From assembly GCA_013239625.1 (NCBI GenBank), contig MU053472.1, positions 3,581,410 through 3,645,409 of the forward strand: a stretch of DNA of 64,000 nt, in the 5' to 3' direction. Of the stretch, positions 26,142 to 39,496 are shown piece after piece (within the stretch, counting starts at the first letter, position 1; the number at the start of each line of letters is the position of its first letter). The DNA comes from Lama guanicoe. Lineage: Eukaryota. Under the pieces are notes generated by a model that saw nothing but the letters and a program-made list of their open reading frames with translations, had not been told where the DNA came from and searched no databases. The translations under genes were made by a program, and so were the position numbers.

Positions 26142-26305
26142 ATACTTACCTGGCAGGGGAGATACCATGATCACGAAGGTGGTTTTCCCAGGGCGAGGCT
26201 TATCCATTGCACTCCGGATGTGCTGACCCCTGCGATTTCCCCAAATGTGGGAAACTCGACTGCATAATTTGTGGTAGTGGGGGACTGCGTTCGCGCTTTC
26301 CCCTG
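26142..26305 (+). ncRNA. RNU1: U1 snRNA copy 7 (canonical sequence)
   Basis: Full-length U1; shared type-B promoter; 3' box-like GTTTTGATAAAAGTAGA at 26314-26330. Confidence 0.97.
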
Positions 26306-27255
26306 TTAATTTTGTTTTGATAAAAGTAGATGTTGAGGTCTTGTCAGAGGTATAACTGATGTAAGTCTTCTATTTTTTTTTTTAGTCTTAGTTGTTAACG
26401 TTGTGCATACGTTTGACCTTTATCTGTGCTTGTGTCCTGTTAGACCGTTTTTTTGGCAGCGTTATGAGATAAGCAAGCAACAATAGGTTTTTACTTTGTT
26501 TTTAGTGTTCTGTTTTGTGAAGTCATTTGTCTCACTGTGATGTGTTGTGTCATGTGATTTGGGCTAGAAAAGTTTTTTGTTTACCTGGGTAATATTGGTT
26601 AGTGAATATTTATTCCAGTTGTAGAATGCGGTGTTAGAGGGAAAAGGGGTCAAAATTATAGTAGTGAAATGTGCTTGTAGCTGAAACTTAGCGAACTACA
26701 AGTTTAAGTAGTTGCAGGAGCTAGCTTGTTCAAAAACAAAAAACGTTAGTTATGTTCAGAAACTTGGGGAGCATTTTAAGGCCCAGTACTCCCCAGATAG
26801 TAATTAAAAAAAAAAAAATAACATGCGATGGTGACTGGAAAAGAAAAAGAATGTAAGATTAGAAATACTCATGAATATCAGAAATTACACTCATATTTAT
26901 AGCGGCATTATTAACAGTACCCAAAGATGGGATCAACCTGTGTCCATTAATGGCATGAATGGCTAAACAAAATGACGTGTATATACACAATGGAAAATTA
27001 TTCAGCCTTAAAAATGAAGAAATTCTGACATAGGGTACAATATGGGTGAACTTTGAGGACGTAGTGAAATACGCAAGTCACAGAAGACCAAGAAGTTAAA
27101 ACACAAGTTATTAGCACTTTCCACACTTTATCAGTGGATAAATTAAAGTGTTACTCACACATTACTATATATAAAATAAACAACAAGGACTTACTGTATA
27201 TCACAGGGAACTATATTCAATTTCTTGTAACAACATATAATGGAAAAGAATCTAA

Positions 27256-27392
27256 GGGGGAGGGTATAGCTCAAGTGGTAGAGCACATGCTTAGCATGCA
27301 TAAAGTCCTGGGTTCAATCCCCAGTGCCTCCTCTAAGAATAAATAAATAATAAATAAACCTAATTACCTCCCTCCATCAAAAAAGTTAAAAA
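27256..27392 (+). mobile_element. Vic-1-like SINE inserted in an L1 3' end
   Basis: ggggagggtatagctcaagtggtagagc...; TSD aaaagaatct. Confidence 0.85.
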
Positions 27393-28014
27393 AGAATCTG
27401 AAAGGATAAAATATGTATGTATGTATATGTATAATTGAATCACTTTGCTGTACACCTGAAAATAACATTGTAAGTCAACCACACTTCAATAACATTTTTT
27501 CTTAAATAAATAATTTTTTAAAGTGTTAATTCTCAGAACCTAAATGCTTCTTGGCTGGTGAAGATCCACCGAATGTGATAGCCTTTCTGGTGTTTCTTTC
27601 ACTTCACCGCATATCACATCCTCTCTGTCTTTCCATGGAACACGCAGTTATGACCCTGATATAGATCCTTGTTGAGTCATGCAGTTGGGGCTTCCTCTCA
27701 TATCCACTGACTGTGGAGCACCAGCATGGTGCCACTTGTCTGCCCTCTAGACCGAGTTTTGTGATGACAGTGATCCTGTTTTAGGTGTCTTACACAACAC
27801 CTGTCATATTTGAGACACATGGTAGGGATACCACAGTCACTGGCGAGGTGTGGATGCCATATGTGGGAAGTTAAAATTTCTCTGTATGGTTCTTACCATG
27901 CACAGTAACAACTACAGAGAGCTCCTTGGTGCCAGGCAGAATTCTAAGCGCTTTACATATTTTATCTGTCAGCAGCTCTGGTTATTATTACCCTTATTTA
28001 TAGATAAGGAAATT

Positions 28015-28657
28015 TGCAGCATCCGTGCAGCTCGGGATCTGAGGACGGGCGACGCAAGACTTAAGAAACAAAGAGACAAAGTAAAGAGCAAAGATGGGAT
28101 CAGGGGACTCAAGATCTCGTGGATCTAGAGTGCCAAAAGCCTAGTCGACATCATATTTTTTAGGAGTATACAGCTTAGAAAAAAATGCGATCAAAGAGGT
28201 GGGGCTTTAGATATTTCATATGATAGGCACTAAGTTCTGCTTGCTGGTTAACTGATTAATTTCAGGTCCATCCCTTCCAGGAACAATCACCCTCCTTGGG
28301 GTATGCATAATTTCTGAGTCTATCCTGTCATTGCCTCTGGGACATCTCAAGATAGCAGATACTTCCCCTGTGTTCAACAGCAAGCTTTCTTGCCAGAATG
28401 AAGTTCTGTTAATGAATGATGTGGCTTTCCAAGACTGTCCATTGTTTCAACCTAAGGAAATATCTGCCCTCCTTTGTGCCCTTATGGTCAATGTCAGGAT
28501 TGCTCACCACAAATTTCATCTACTGTGTAAAACATTAAAACAAAGCAAGCATGTGCATTTTAAGCAAGTAAGTGTGAATACAATATTTTAAGCTCATGGA
28601 AATTTATGAGTGGCTTCTTTTCTAGCTGCTTGTTGTCCAGCAACTTGTTTCCCAGCA
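28015..28657. mobile_element. Solo LTR with 6-bp TSD inserted in a MIR-like relic
   Basis: TG...CA flanked by gaaatt (28009-28014, 28658-28663). Confidence 0.75.
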
Positions 28658-29105
28658 GAAATTGAGGCCCACCAAGGTTAAATAATTCCTCCGAGGTCAC
28701 ACAGTTAGGGAAGTGACGGAGTCAGGACCAGAATTTCAGAGTCTGAACTATGAACCCAACCCACATAACTGTCTACATTCCTACATAAATGTGTTTGTAT
28801 ACTAAACTTTCATAGTTAATACTATTGTAATTATTTTAATGATACAACAAACATGTATATTTCTAATTTTACTTCCTGGTAGTCATCACTTTTTCACTCT
28901 CAGAAATTGATGATAAATATACTGAGTTCTTCAGTTTCAACAGTAACATTGAGAATAAACTAATCTTGCAGAATTTCAGTAACTGTTCCCCTAATCCTGT
29001 TCGTTATAAATGAAAGTAGACAAGAAGTGAAAGAAATGTGAAAGAATCTAAATTGCTTCCTTGCATTTCTGATTCAGTGAGAATAAGTATGTTGCTTTCT
29101 TTTGA

Positions 29106-29279
<174 letters not shown>

Positions 29280-32200
29280 TGATTCACATCACTGGATACC
29301 ATTGGAAGGAAAATCAGGTACATTATAAAACTGAGTTCTTAGGGAAATCGAAAGTGAAATTTAGAGCTGAGATGTTCTCTGCCAGTGAAGTCATACTGCT
29401 CAGTAGAGGTCTTAAATCACTGGAGGCTGTTGTGTCTTGTTTGTGCTGAGGAACCATCAGGTCTTCCAACTGTTAGGCTCCTAAATGCTTCTCCTCAGGC
29501 CCCAGCCACCCACCTTGAATTCTGCCTGATTCCCTTTTCTCCTTCAAATCTGTTGCATCCACTGAGTCTTCCAAGGCCTGTGGTGGAGTGAGAAAGCCCG
29601 TCTTCACAGCTCTCCACTTCCCTGCTCCTTAGAGGCACTTGGTGCTTTTGTTTTCAGGGTTTTTTTTTTTGTTTGTTTAACTTTTTTTTTGCTGTAGACT
29701 AGAGGCATCTCAGCCTGCAGGGCAGACAGAAATAACAGACATAGCTCAGACAATCTTCAACAGAACAGACACACACAAAAAATACACAACAACTGATGGT
29801 ATTAACCCCTGATCTAGAGATCCAGACTTGCTTTTTCCAGAGTAACCAGAAGTCCTGTTAGATTCCCCCTCTTCCTTCCTAGTATAGAAGGGAAGGCTTA
29901 TTAAGCTTCTCTCAGCTGGGTTGGAACAGTCAGGGTGACCTGATTTCTCGTCAGTGTTTCTCCATTTGCCTCAACATATTCCTGAGGACTTCTGGAAAGG
30001 TAACATCAGTTCCTGTAGGATCCAAACACTCCACAAAATACTTCCCTCAAGAAATTCTCAAATGTTGCCGTGTACCACCCCTGGAATCTATAGATGAAGC
30101 AGCTGATGGTGAACTCACTAATTTATTTGAAAGGTCTTGTTTTTTCCCCCCTCAAAATTTTGCAGTTTATTCCTTAACACATCTTCATGTATTTTAGTAT
30201 AAAAATTGATATTCAATAGAGGTATGCTGTGATTTCTAGTCTCTGTCTATCAAGTGTGAAAAGCAGAAATTTAGAATGTTTATTTTCTCTTAACATCTCC
30301 TGAACATTCTACATCTTCAGATTCTTTTTTTGACTCTTTTTTTTTTTCAGGCAGAGTTAGTATATAATATTATATAAGTTTCAGGTGTACAACATAGTGA
30401 CTCACAAGTTTTAAAAGTTACACTCCGTTTATAATTATTGTAAACTGTTGGCTATGTTCCCTGTGTTGTACAATATATCCCCGTGGCTTATTTATTTTGT
30501 ATGTAGTAGGTCGTATCTCTTAATCCCCTACCCCTATTCTGTCCCTCCCCCACCACCCCTGTTGCCACTGGTAACTACTGGTTTGTTCTCTGTGTGAGTC
30601 TGCTTCTCTTTTCTCAGATTCACTAGTTTGTTTTCTTTTTAAATTCCACATATACGTGGTATCAAGCGGTACTTGTCTTTCTCTGTCTGACTTAATGCAT
30701 CTTCAGATACTTGACATTAAGATAGAGCGGGGGTAGGATTGGCAGGTATAACGGATATGAAGCAGGATTTCATATATTATATATGAAGCTGCACAGCGAA
30801 GAACAGGAGGAGATAAATGCCCTCCCAGTCTACAGCAGGGCTTCTTAGGAGATGGCCAAAACGATCTTTGGAACTTCAACTCCATCACCCTCCTCAGGCC
30901 TGTCTAAGAGCAGTGAGACGGTGATGGGGTAGTGGTGGGAGTGTCAGTGGAAAAGATTCTTAAAAGGCACTTACAGGAATAGGATGCTGAGGCTTGCCCC
31001 TCCTTCCCAGCCTCAAGCCAAGTTAAGAGGCCTCTCAGGTAAACCTCATGGAGAGGATTGTGGTGCTTGCAAGCAGGAGAGTTGGGAGCCTGTGTGGCAG
31101 CCTGCTGAACGGAGAACCATGTCAGCCCACCCCAGCTGCCACCAAGGAGGCATGAATAGAACCTGGCATGTTATGTGGAATTTAGGGGTCAGGAGGACCG
31201 CCATCTGCCTTCTACCTGGAGCAGTCCTTGATGTCTGGATGAGCACGAGAGACCAGCAATTGGAGTAGCTATACTTCCACCAGCTGTGGGGCAGGTGGAG
31301 TCTACAGAAGGTAGCTGAGCTGTCTAAAGGGACCGCACCTATGAAGGAAGGAAGAATCCCAACAGAGAGCCTAGAGCTGTAGCAAGAAGTCAGCAGGAGA
31401 GGGCAGGGGCCTGCATTAGGGTGGTGTGCAGTAGAGTTAGACCCACTAACTCCTCCCACAGAAGAGCAGGCATTAGGACAAAGCCCAAAGCTACAAAGAG
31501 CATCAGCTTAGGACAAAGACCTTTGCCCCTTGGTTCTCCCCCTACTCCACTCTGGAGTTGTCAGAAACAGCCTTGAGATCAGAGGAGTAGAAGAGCAGGG
31601 AAGAGGTTTTGATTTTAAAAGGACTGGACAGTTTATTACCCAAAAATAAGACTGCTTTGAATACCACAGAGTGACTGAAAGAGTATGGAATCTGCCTGAG
31701 GGAAAGAGAGAGCCAGCTGACAGAGTAAACTTGAGGGAGGTGGAAGGAGAAAAACTGTTTACTGACTGTATCCTACTTAGTTCAGCCCACTCAGAAGACC
31801 AAACACTATAGATTATATGAGTTCTACAACCCAAAAGATGAGTTCCAGAAGCTCAGCCCAGACTTTATTCTTTTTTTCATTACATATATATTGGTTGAAC
31901 CTTGGAGTTAGAGCAGCCAAGGAAAGATGTGTGGCCCCGCCTTCCAGGAGTATAATCCAGTCGAGGAAACAGACATGCGTTAGTAATTGAAGTCCTGAGA
32001 AGGGCAAGAGGCAAAAGGAGCACACCAGGTACATCTCAGCCTCCTTGACTAGGAGGTAAACAAGGGGAAATTCTTAGAGAAAATGATATTTAGGCCAGGC
32101 CCTTAAAAGTTGAGGTGAAAGAAGTAAAAGATAAACGTTAGAGGCAAGGGAAGATGAAAGGGATACAAAGGCCTTGAGGATAGAAAAGTGTGTGGATGAC

Positions 32201-32314
32201 TTGAGTTGGAGAGAAAGGCAAAGTGGTGGGAGAGAATGGTGTGGGGTGAAGCTGGCAAGGTAAGCTGCAGCTGGACCTGGCCTCATGCGCTGTTGGAAGG
32301 ATTTTGGTAAAAGG

Positions 32315-33690
32315 TGCATCCATATTTAGGATTGTTATGTCTTCCTGGTAAATTGACCCTATTATCATTATGAGATGTCTCTATCTCTGGTAATACTGTC
32401 TTGAAGTCTACTTTATCTGATGTTCATATAGCCATTTTAGGCTCCTTATGCTTACTGTTTCAAGGAATATCTTTAGAGTTAAGATATGTTTTCTGTAGAG
32501 AGCACAGAGTTGGGACTTGCATCTTAAAATCTATCCTGATCCTCTCTGCCTTTTATTTGTTTAGTCTATTAACATTTAAGGTAATTATTGATACAGGGGT
32601 AATGTTAGCGTTAACATTTTATTATATTATTTGCTTTTTGTTTGTCCTGTTTTTTTCTCTTCCTTCTTTTCTGCCTTCTTTTGATTTCATTAAATACTTT
32701 TTAGAATTCAGTTTTAATGTAGCTATTGGCTCTTTAGCTCTACTTCACTGCATTAATTTTTTTGTTGACCGTTCCAGTGACTGCAATATACGTCTTTAAT
32801 TTTTTGTTCTCCTTAGAGTTAATAGTATATCATGTCACATAATATATACAACTATACAGGCTCAGTTCTCTCCTTCCCCTGTCCTTTATATTAAAGATGC
32901 TGTAAGTATTACATCTGTTTAAGTTATGAATCCTGCAACACAATTTTATAGTTTTTACTTTAAAGAGAATATATTTTAAAGAAACTAAGAGGAAAAACTA
33001 GTTTTTTCTATTTAGCTACATATTTACTATTTCTGGTGCTCTTCATTCTTTCCAGAAGGCCTGAGTTTCCTTCTTCAGCCTGAAGAATCTCCTTTGACAT
33101 TTCTGGTACTGCGGGTCTTCTGGTAACAGATTTTCTTAGTTTTCTAAACATGTCTTCGTTTCACTGTGATTCTTGAAGGATATTGTCACTAGATATAAAA
33201 CTCTAGGTTGAATGTCTTTTCACTTCAGCCACTGTCTTTTGGCCTCTATAGTTTCTGATAAGAAACCAAGCGTCATTTGAACCATTGTTCACCCGTGTAC
33301 AGTGGATTGTTTTCCTCTGGTCTCCTTCAAGAGTTTCTCTTTATTTTTGGCTACCAGTGGTTTGAAGACTCCGAAGTGCCTAGGTGTGGTTTTCCGTGTA
33401 TTTATCCTGCCTGGGGTATGCTGATCTTGTATATGGAAATTACTATCTTTTACCAAATTCGGGGACTTTCCCACCATTATTTATTCACATACTCTTTCTG
33501 TTTTGTTATCTCCTTGCCTTCTGGAAATCCACTTACATTTATGTCAGACTTTTTGATACTGCCCCACAGCCCCCAAAGCTCTGTTGATTTTCTTTTTCAA
33601 TCTTTAATCACTTTGTCCTTCTGATGGGATAATTTCTCTTGATCTTTTGTCAAGTTTGTGACTCTTCCTCTGTCATCTCTAATCTGCTCT
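32315..33690 (-). mobile_element. Old L1M fragments (ORF1 and endonuclease remnants)
   Basis: IIGSIYQEDITILNM and TPGRINTRKTTPRH peptides in the ORF track. Confidence 0.7.
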
Positions 33691-35897
33691 TAACTTTTGC
33701 ATTTTCAATAATTGCTAGAATGACTCACAGAATTCAAAACATTTTTCTTACTATTACTGGTTTATTACAGAGAACACAATTCAGCAACAGTCAAATGAAA
33801 GAGATACATGGGTAAGGCATGGTGTGTGTGGGGTGCTGGGAGCTTCCATGCCCTCTTCTGGTACCACCCTCCCAGCTCTTCTATATGTTTACCAACCCAG
33901 AAGCTCTCCAAGCCCTACCAGTTAGGGTTTTTTATGGAAATTTCATAATTTAGGCATGATTGATTAAATCTTTGGCCATTGGTGATTGATCTCAATCTCC
34001 AGCCCCTCTCTCCAGCCGAGGTGGGGCAGGGTTTGAGCTGAATGGAGATGGCAGAGCTGAAAGCCCCAATCCTCTAATCATGAGTTAGTCTTGGTCTCTC
34101 TGGTGACCAGCCCCCATCCTGAAGCTATCTAGGAACCCCTCAGCCAGAAGTTCTGTCAAGAGCATACCAAAGACACTTATTCATATCACTCAGGAAATTG
34201 CAAGGGTTTTAGGACCTCTTGTGCCAGGTACCTGGGAATAGACGTCTATTTCTAAATGGTTGCTCTGGCTGCAGAAGGCTATGAGGTATGTGAGGAGATG
34301 GAGGGAAGAGTAGGGTGACTTGTTTTGGGTTTGAGCAAGTGGGTTGACTGTGGTATCATTGAAGAGGAAAAGGTCTAGGAAAAATAGGTTTGGGAGTTAT
34401 TGAAAGTCAGTTTGGGTAGGGTGAGTTTGAGACACCTGTGATTCAGCTAAATGAAGTGTCAAAGAGAAGCTGGATATATGAGGCAGCAGCTCAGAAGAGG
34501 TCTGAGTGCACATCCATGTTTTGAAATCAAGGATGATCAAGAGAAGAGGGCCAAGAACACTGCTGGCAGGGACGTCACTCTTACAAAGAGGCTGCCGTTG
34601 TTGGGGCAGGAGTGGAGAAAAAAGGAGGGGAAAACCAAGTGATTTCCAACAGTTAATGTCAGTATCTGGAGTGAGGGAAAGAACAATACATTCATTGATT
34701 CATCATTTATTCAGTTAGTCTGCATTTACTGGGTAGGCAAGGGGCTGGAAATACAATATTAATATGATTTCATTTCTGTTTTTAGAGCCTCACATTTGAG
34801 TAGAGGGAGATAATGTGTTTAGACCACAGAGAGCTTTGTAGAAGCACATTCAAGGATAATTAGGGACACAAAACACATAGTGGTCACTGCAAGCTGGGAA
34901 GGTCAGAGAAGGCATCCAGAAGAGATGACATGAACCGAGTCTTTGAATGTGCTGGAGTGATAATCAGACCCATTATGCAGTTGGAGAATCTGCTCCTAGG
35001 AGGCGAAACGATGGCATGGATGGTGAGGGGTCCCCAGAAAGGTTGGAGGAACACAGAATGGAAAAGTCTTAGATTCAGAAGGGCTCAGATCAGAGACGAG
35101 GGCCCTTGGGTGAAAGGGAGTGGAAATCACCTTCTAGCTTCAAGACATAAGCAACTGCTCTGACACCAAGGAGATGTGTCCCAGACCTGGCCAGATTGCC
35201 CCAACACTGTCCCTTTCTCTGAAGGAATTGAAGTCAGAGCTTTTGGCTATCTCCAAGGAGGTTGTGTTCGAAGTGGTTAGATGAGATGACCCTGATGGTC
35301 ACGTTGGTCACCTTAACTATGATGCAGTAAAAAAAAAAAAATGTGTTTGGTTCAGAAAACCATGTGGACGTCCACGTGGCACTGTGCTCTCTGGCACGCT
35401 GGAAGACGTGGGGCAGAAGCACTTTAACCACAGGAAGTGACTGAAAAGTCATACACCATCTTATATAAAGCGTGTTCTTTAGGAGAAGCTGGGACTAACT
35501 TTTGCCACAAGCGTAGGCTTCCTCTTGAGATTTGGAAGCCAGGCAGATCAGTCATTCAAGACTGAACCTTGAAGGATAGTGTATTTAGTGCTTTCTTAGA
35601 GAAATGACCTTGATTGGGGCCTCGACCTCTGGAGAAAGGCAGTTTAGCTTCCAGAAAGAACCCGGACTTGATTTAGTGCCAGAGGTACCTAGGTACCTAC
35701 TCTGTGTGGTGCCCTCAGCTGTGTGACAGATACTGTAGCCAGCATCCGTAAGAATGGGGGCACAGTCACCCCCTTCTCCTTCAGTTGTTTAGGGGATGAA
35801 GGGAGACAGCGGGTTAAGATGCCTTCACGGAGAAGGCACTCACAGACCACCATGGTTACGTCTGTCGTTACGCGAGATCAGAAGTATACACCAGTTC

Positions 35898-35936
<39 letters not shown>

Positions 35937-36109
35937 TTTCTCCTTCTCCCCCCACGTCTCCTTCAGGCCAAGGCAACGTGGTCTCTCCAAGTAGGCATAT
36001 TCCTGTAGCAGGCGAGAGGCAGTCCACACGGACCAGTGTGGAGAACAGCGTTTCCGTAGCCTGCGGAGGGGCGAGGCGACCCCACTTGGACCCAGGTGGC
36101 GCCGGGCGC

Positions 36110-36388
36110 GGTGGGCGGGGTATTAGGAGTCTTGTGTAGGAGTCCGTTGCGCGCGGCGTGTGATTGGCTGCTAGGAAGCCATATGTTAATGAGGCCTGTT
36201 GCTGGTTTTGCAGTCTTTGTGGAAGATTTACGGGCGAAAGTGGTGCTTGAACTTCGGCATTTCACCTAATACTTATAAGATACAAAGTAAAAAATGTTTC
36301 CGAGACGACGAGTGACGTGACAGAATGTCGCCATCAGTGTAAAGTGCGCGGCTGCCACGGAGCCGTCAGAGGCTTCGCGGTCAAAGTT
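36110..36388 (+). promoter_or_regulatory. U3 promoter (GC box 36111, GATTGGCTG 36162, octamer-like ATGTTAAT 36183, PSE 36328); duplicated at 40802-41080
   Basis: GATTGGCTG-N-TATGTTAAT arrangement recurs before all U3 copies in the window. Confidence 0.85.
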
Positions 36389-36603
36389 AAGACTATACTT
36401 TCAGGGATCATTTCTATAGTTCGTTACTAGAGAAGTTTCTCTGAACGTGTAGAGCACCCGAAACCACGAGGAGGAGGCGCAGCGTTCTCTCCTGAGCGTG
36501 AAGTTGGTTCTTGGTGTCGCTTGTGTGACCGCCATTTGCCATTGATGATCGTTCTTCTCTTCTTTCGGGGAGAGTAAGAGAGAGAGAACGCCGTCTGAGT
36601 GGC
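36389..36603 (+). ncRNA. SNORD3: U3 snoRNA copy A
   Basis: AAGACTATACTTTCAGGGATCATTTCT...box B GAGCGTGAAG, box C TGATGA, box D CTGA; 215 nt. Confidence 0.96.
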
Positions 36604-37139
36604 TTCGTTTATAATCTTGTTTCAACGGAAAATTAGAAGCTATTGGTTCAGTATTCTCACTAAAGAGTTGTGTTTTCCTGTTTGCTGTTGTGGGTCAGCA
36701 GGTTGTTGGGTTTTTATTTCTTTTTGGTCTGTATCTGAGGTTTGCGGAGACTAAAACTGGAAGTGGTTAACTGGGGAACGAGAGGTACTACATACAGGCT
36801 TTGCTTTTCTTTTGATTCGATTGATACTCTTTTGAAATTCTTAAGGGTTGTCGTTTTTTTTTTTTCTGTGTTATGTAAGGGCAGCGTTCTTTCTCCTTTT
36901 AGTAGTGATTAAGTTAATAGAGTTATTTTTTTTCTATCTGTTTTGCACTCAATGTTTTCTCAGTTTTTTTTAGTCAATTGTTGGGTCTCCTATGTTAATC
37001 CTAGAAATCCGCTGGGTTTAACTCATATCGTTTCTTTAATTAATTTGTATTGCTGTGGGATATTTACTTCACTGTGTTTTGGTTTTTTTTTAATGCTTTT
37101 GGTTATGAATGTTTTACTTTCCAAGAGAGCTGTTCTTTT

Positions 37140-39225
37140 TTTAAGTTGAGTTGTGATTGACACACTACCAGGTGTAGGCATAATTATTCCATCCTTTTGT
37201 ACGTATTGCAAAATGATCACAATAAGTCTGGTGTAACCGTCACCCTATATAGTTATACAAATTTTTTTCTTATAACTATAGTTTTTAAGATTTATTCTCT
37301 TACCAACTTTCAAATATGCAACACAGTGTTACTAACTATAGTCTCCATGCTGTACGTTACATCCCAATGACTTTTTTTATAACTGAAGTTTGTACCTTTT
37401 GACTTTCTTCACCCATCTTTCCCCCATCTCCACCCTCGCTCACACCTCTAGTGAACATGGGGGTGTATGTATCTTTTCAAGTTAGTATTTTTCATTTCTT
37501 TGGATAAATACCTAGACAGAATTACTGAAGCATGTGGTAGTTCAGCACCAATTTACATTTACACCAGCAATGCACAAGGGTTCCCTTTTCTCCACAACGC
37601 CAAATGTCTTTTTGATAATAGCCATTCTAACAGATATGAGGTGATGTGATATCTGTTTGTGGTTTCGATTTGCATTTCCCTGATGATTAGTGATTTAGCA
37701 TCTTTTCATGTGCCTGTTGGCCATCTGTGTACATTCTTTAGAAAAAAAAAGTCTAATCAGATCCTTTGGCCATCTTTTTATTGGATTTTTGGGGTTGTTT
37801 TGTTTTGAGTAAAGGTAGATTTATTTAGAGAGATACATATTGCATAGAGTGTAAGGCAAGAGAAAGGCCATGAGGTGTGGGGAGGCCACGAGGTGTGAGG
37901 TTGCATGCTCAGGTTAGAGTAACCTTAGGCACACACTCCATAGACAAGAGTGTGGGCCGTCTCCGAAGAGGAGAGAGCTAGAGAGGCGGCCTGGGTTTTG
38001 TTTTGTTTTGTTTTGTTTTTGCTATTCTGGTATATGAGTTCTTGATATATTGGATACTAATCCCTCATCAGATACATAATTTGCAAGTAGTTTTTCCTAT
38101 TCAGTCGGTTGCCTTTTCATTTCTTAATGGTTTCTTTTGCTGTGCAGAAGCTTTTTAGTGTGATGTAGTCCCACTTGATTATTTTTGCATTTTTGTTGCC
38201 TATGCTTTTCGTGTCAAATCCAAAAAAATCAACACCAAGACCAGTGCCTAGGAGCTTACCATCTATGTGTTCTAGGAGTTTTATGATTTTAGGCCTTTCA
38301 TTCAAGTTTTTAATCCATTTTGAGTTAATTTTTGTGTATGGTGTAAGATACTGGTCCAGTTTCATTCTTTGGCAAAGTCCAATCTTCCCAGTATCATTTA
38401 TAGAAGAGACTTTACTTTCCCCATTGTATATTGTTGACTCCATTGTCTTAAATTAATTGACCGAAAATTCATGGGCTTATTTCTGGGCTCTCTCTTGTAC
38501 TCCATTGATCTATATGTCTGTTTTCTTGCCAGTACCATACTGTTTTTATTACTATAGCTTTGAAATATAGTTTGAAGTCAGGGAATGTTGTGTCTGCAGC
38601 TTTCTTTTCTTTCTCAAGATTGCTGTGACTCTTTGTGGTCTTTTGTTGTTCCAGTAAAATTTTAGAATTTTGTTCTATTTCTGTGAAAAATGCCATTGGA
38701 ATTTTGATGGATACTCCATTGAATCTTATATTGCTTTGGGTAGTATGGACATTTTGACAATAATAGTTGTTCCAATCTACGAGCACAGAATATCTTTCCA
38801 TTTATTTCTGTCTTCAGCAGTTTCTTTAATCAGTGCCATAGTTTTCAGTATACAGGTGTTTCACCTCCTTGGTTAACTTTTTCCTAGTTTTTTTTTTTTA
38901 ATTTCTGATGCAATTGTAAGTGGGATTATTTTCTTAATTTCTCTTTAGTTCGTGATTAGCATATAGAAATGCAACAGATTTCTGTATATTGATACTGTAT
39001 CCTGTAACTGTACTGAATTCATTTATTAGTTCTAACAGTTTTTTGGTGGAGTCTTTAGGATTTTCTGTATATAGTATCTTGTCATCTGGAAACAATGACA
39101 GTCTTACTTCTTCCTTTTCAATTTGGATGCCTTTTATTTCTTTTTCTTGCCTAACTGCTCTGGCTAGGACTTCCATTACTATATTGGATAAAAGTGGCAA
39201 AAGTGAGCATCCCTGTCTTGTTCCT
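37140..39225 (-). mobile_element. L1 ORF2/3'UTR fragment interrupted by an LTR piece
   Basis: [38 protein letters not shown] remnants. Confidence 0.9.
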
Positions 39226-39496
39226 AAGTATTTGTTCTTATCAGTTATACTTTTTCAGGGCATTCTATTCTTGAATCTAAGAGATTTTTTTTTCTGAGGT
39301 TGCTATACTTTTTGATATTTCCTTCTAGTTTTCCTCCTCCCTCCCACCCCTCTCCCTATTTGCTTATTTGCTCGCTCTCTCTCACTGAGGGCTTTCCTGA
39401 AGTTTTAGGTTGTATTCTCCACAGGATAAGGGGCTAGAGATAACAAAGATAAATATGATCTGGTTCCAGCTTTTAAAGACTTCGCAGTTGAGTAGG

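Larger units (their letters stand above)
34805..36610 (+). repeat. 1.8-kb duplication, copy 1 (U3 promoter and gene)
   Basis: Near-identical to 39497-41302 at a constant offset of 4692; the ORF track gives identical peptides for both. Confidence 0.95.

Noticed and set aside
35723..36265. 138-aa and 100-aa ORFs duplicated at 40415-40957
   Set aside because: Cross a (CTGT)n microsatellite and the GC-rich U3 promoter; identity reflects the DNA duplication
38117..39200. Active L1
   Set aside because: Fragmented, frameshifted ORF2 with no 5' end
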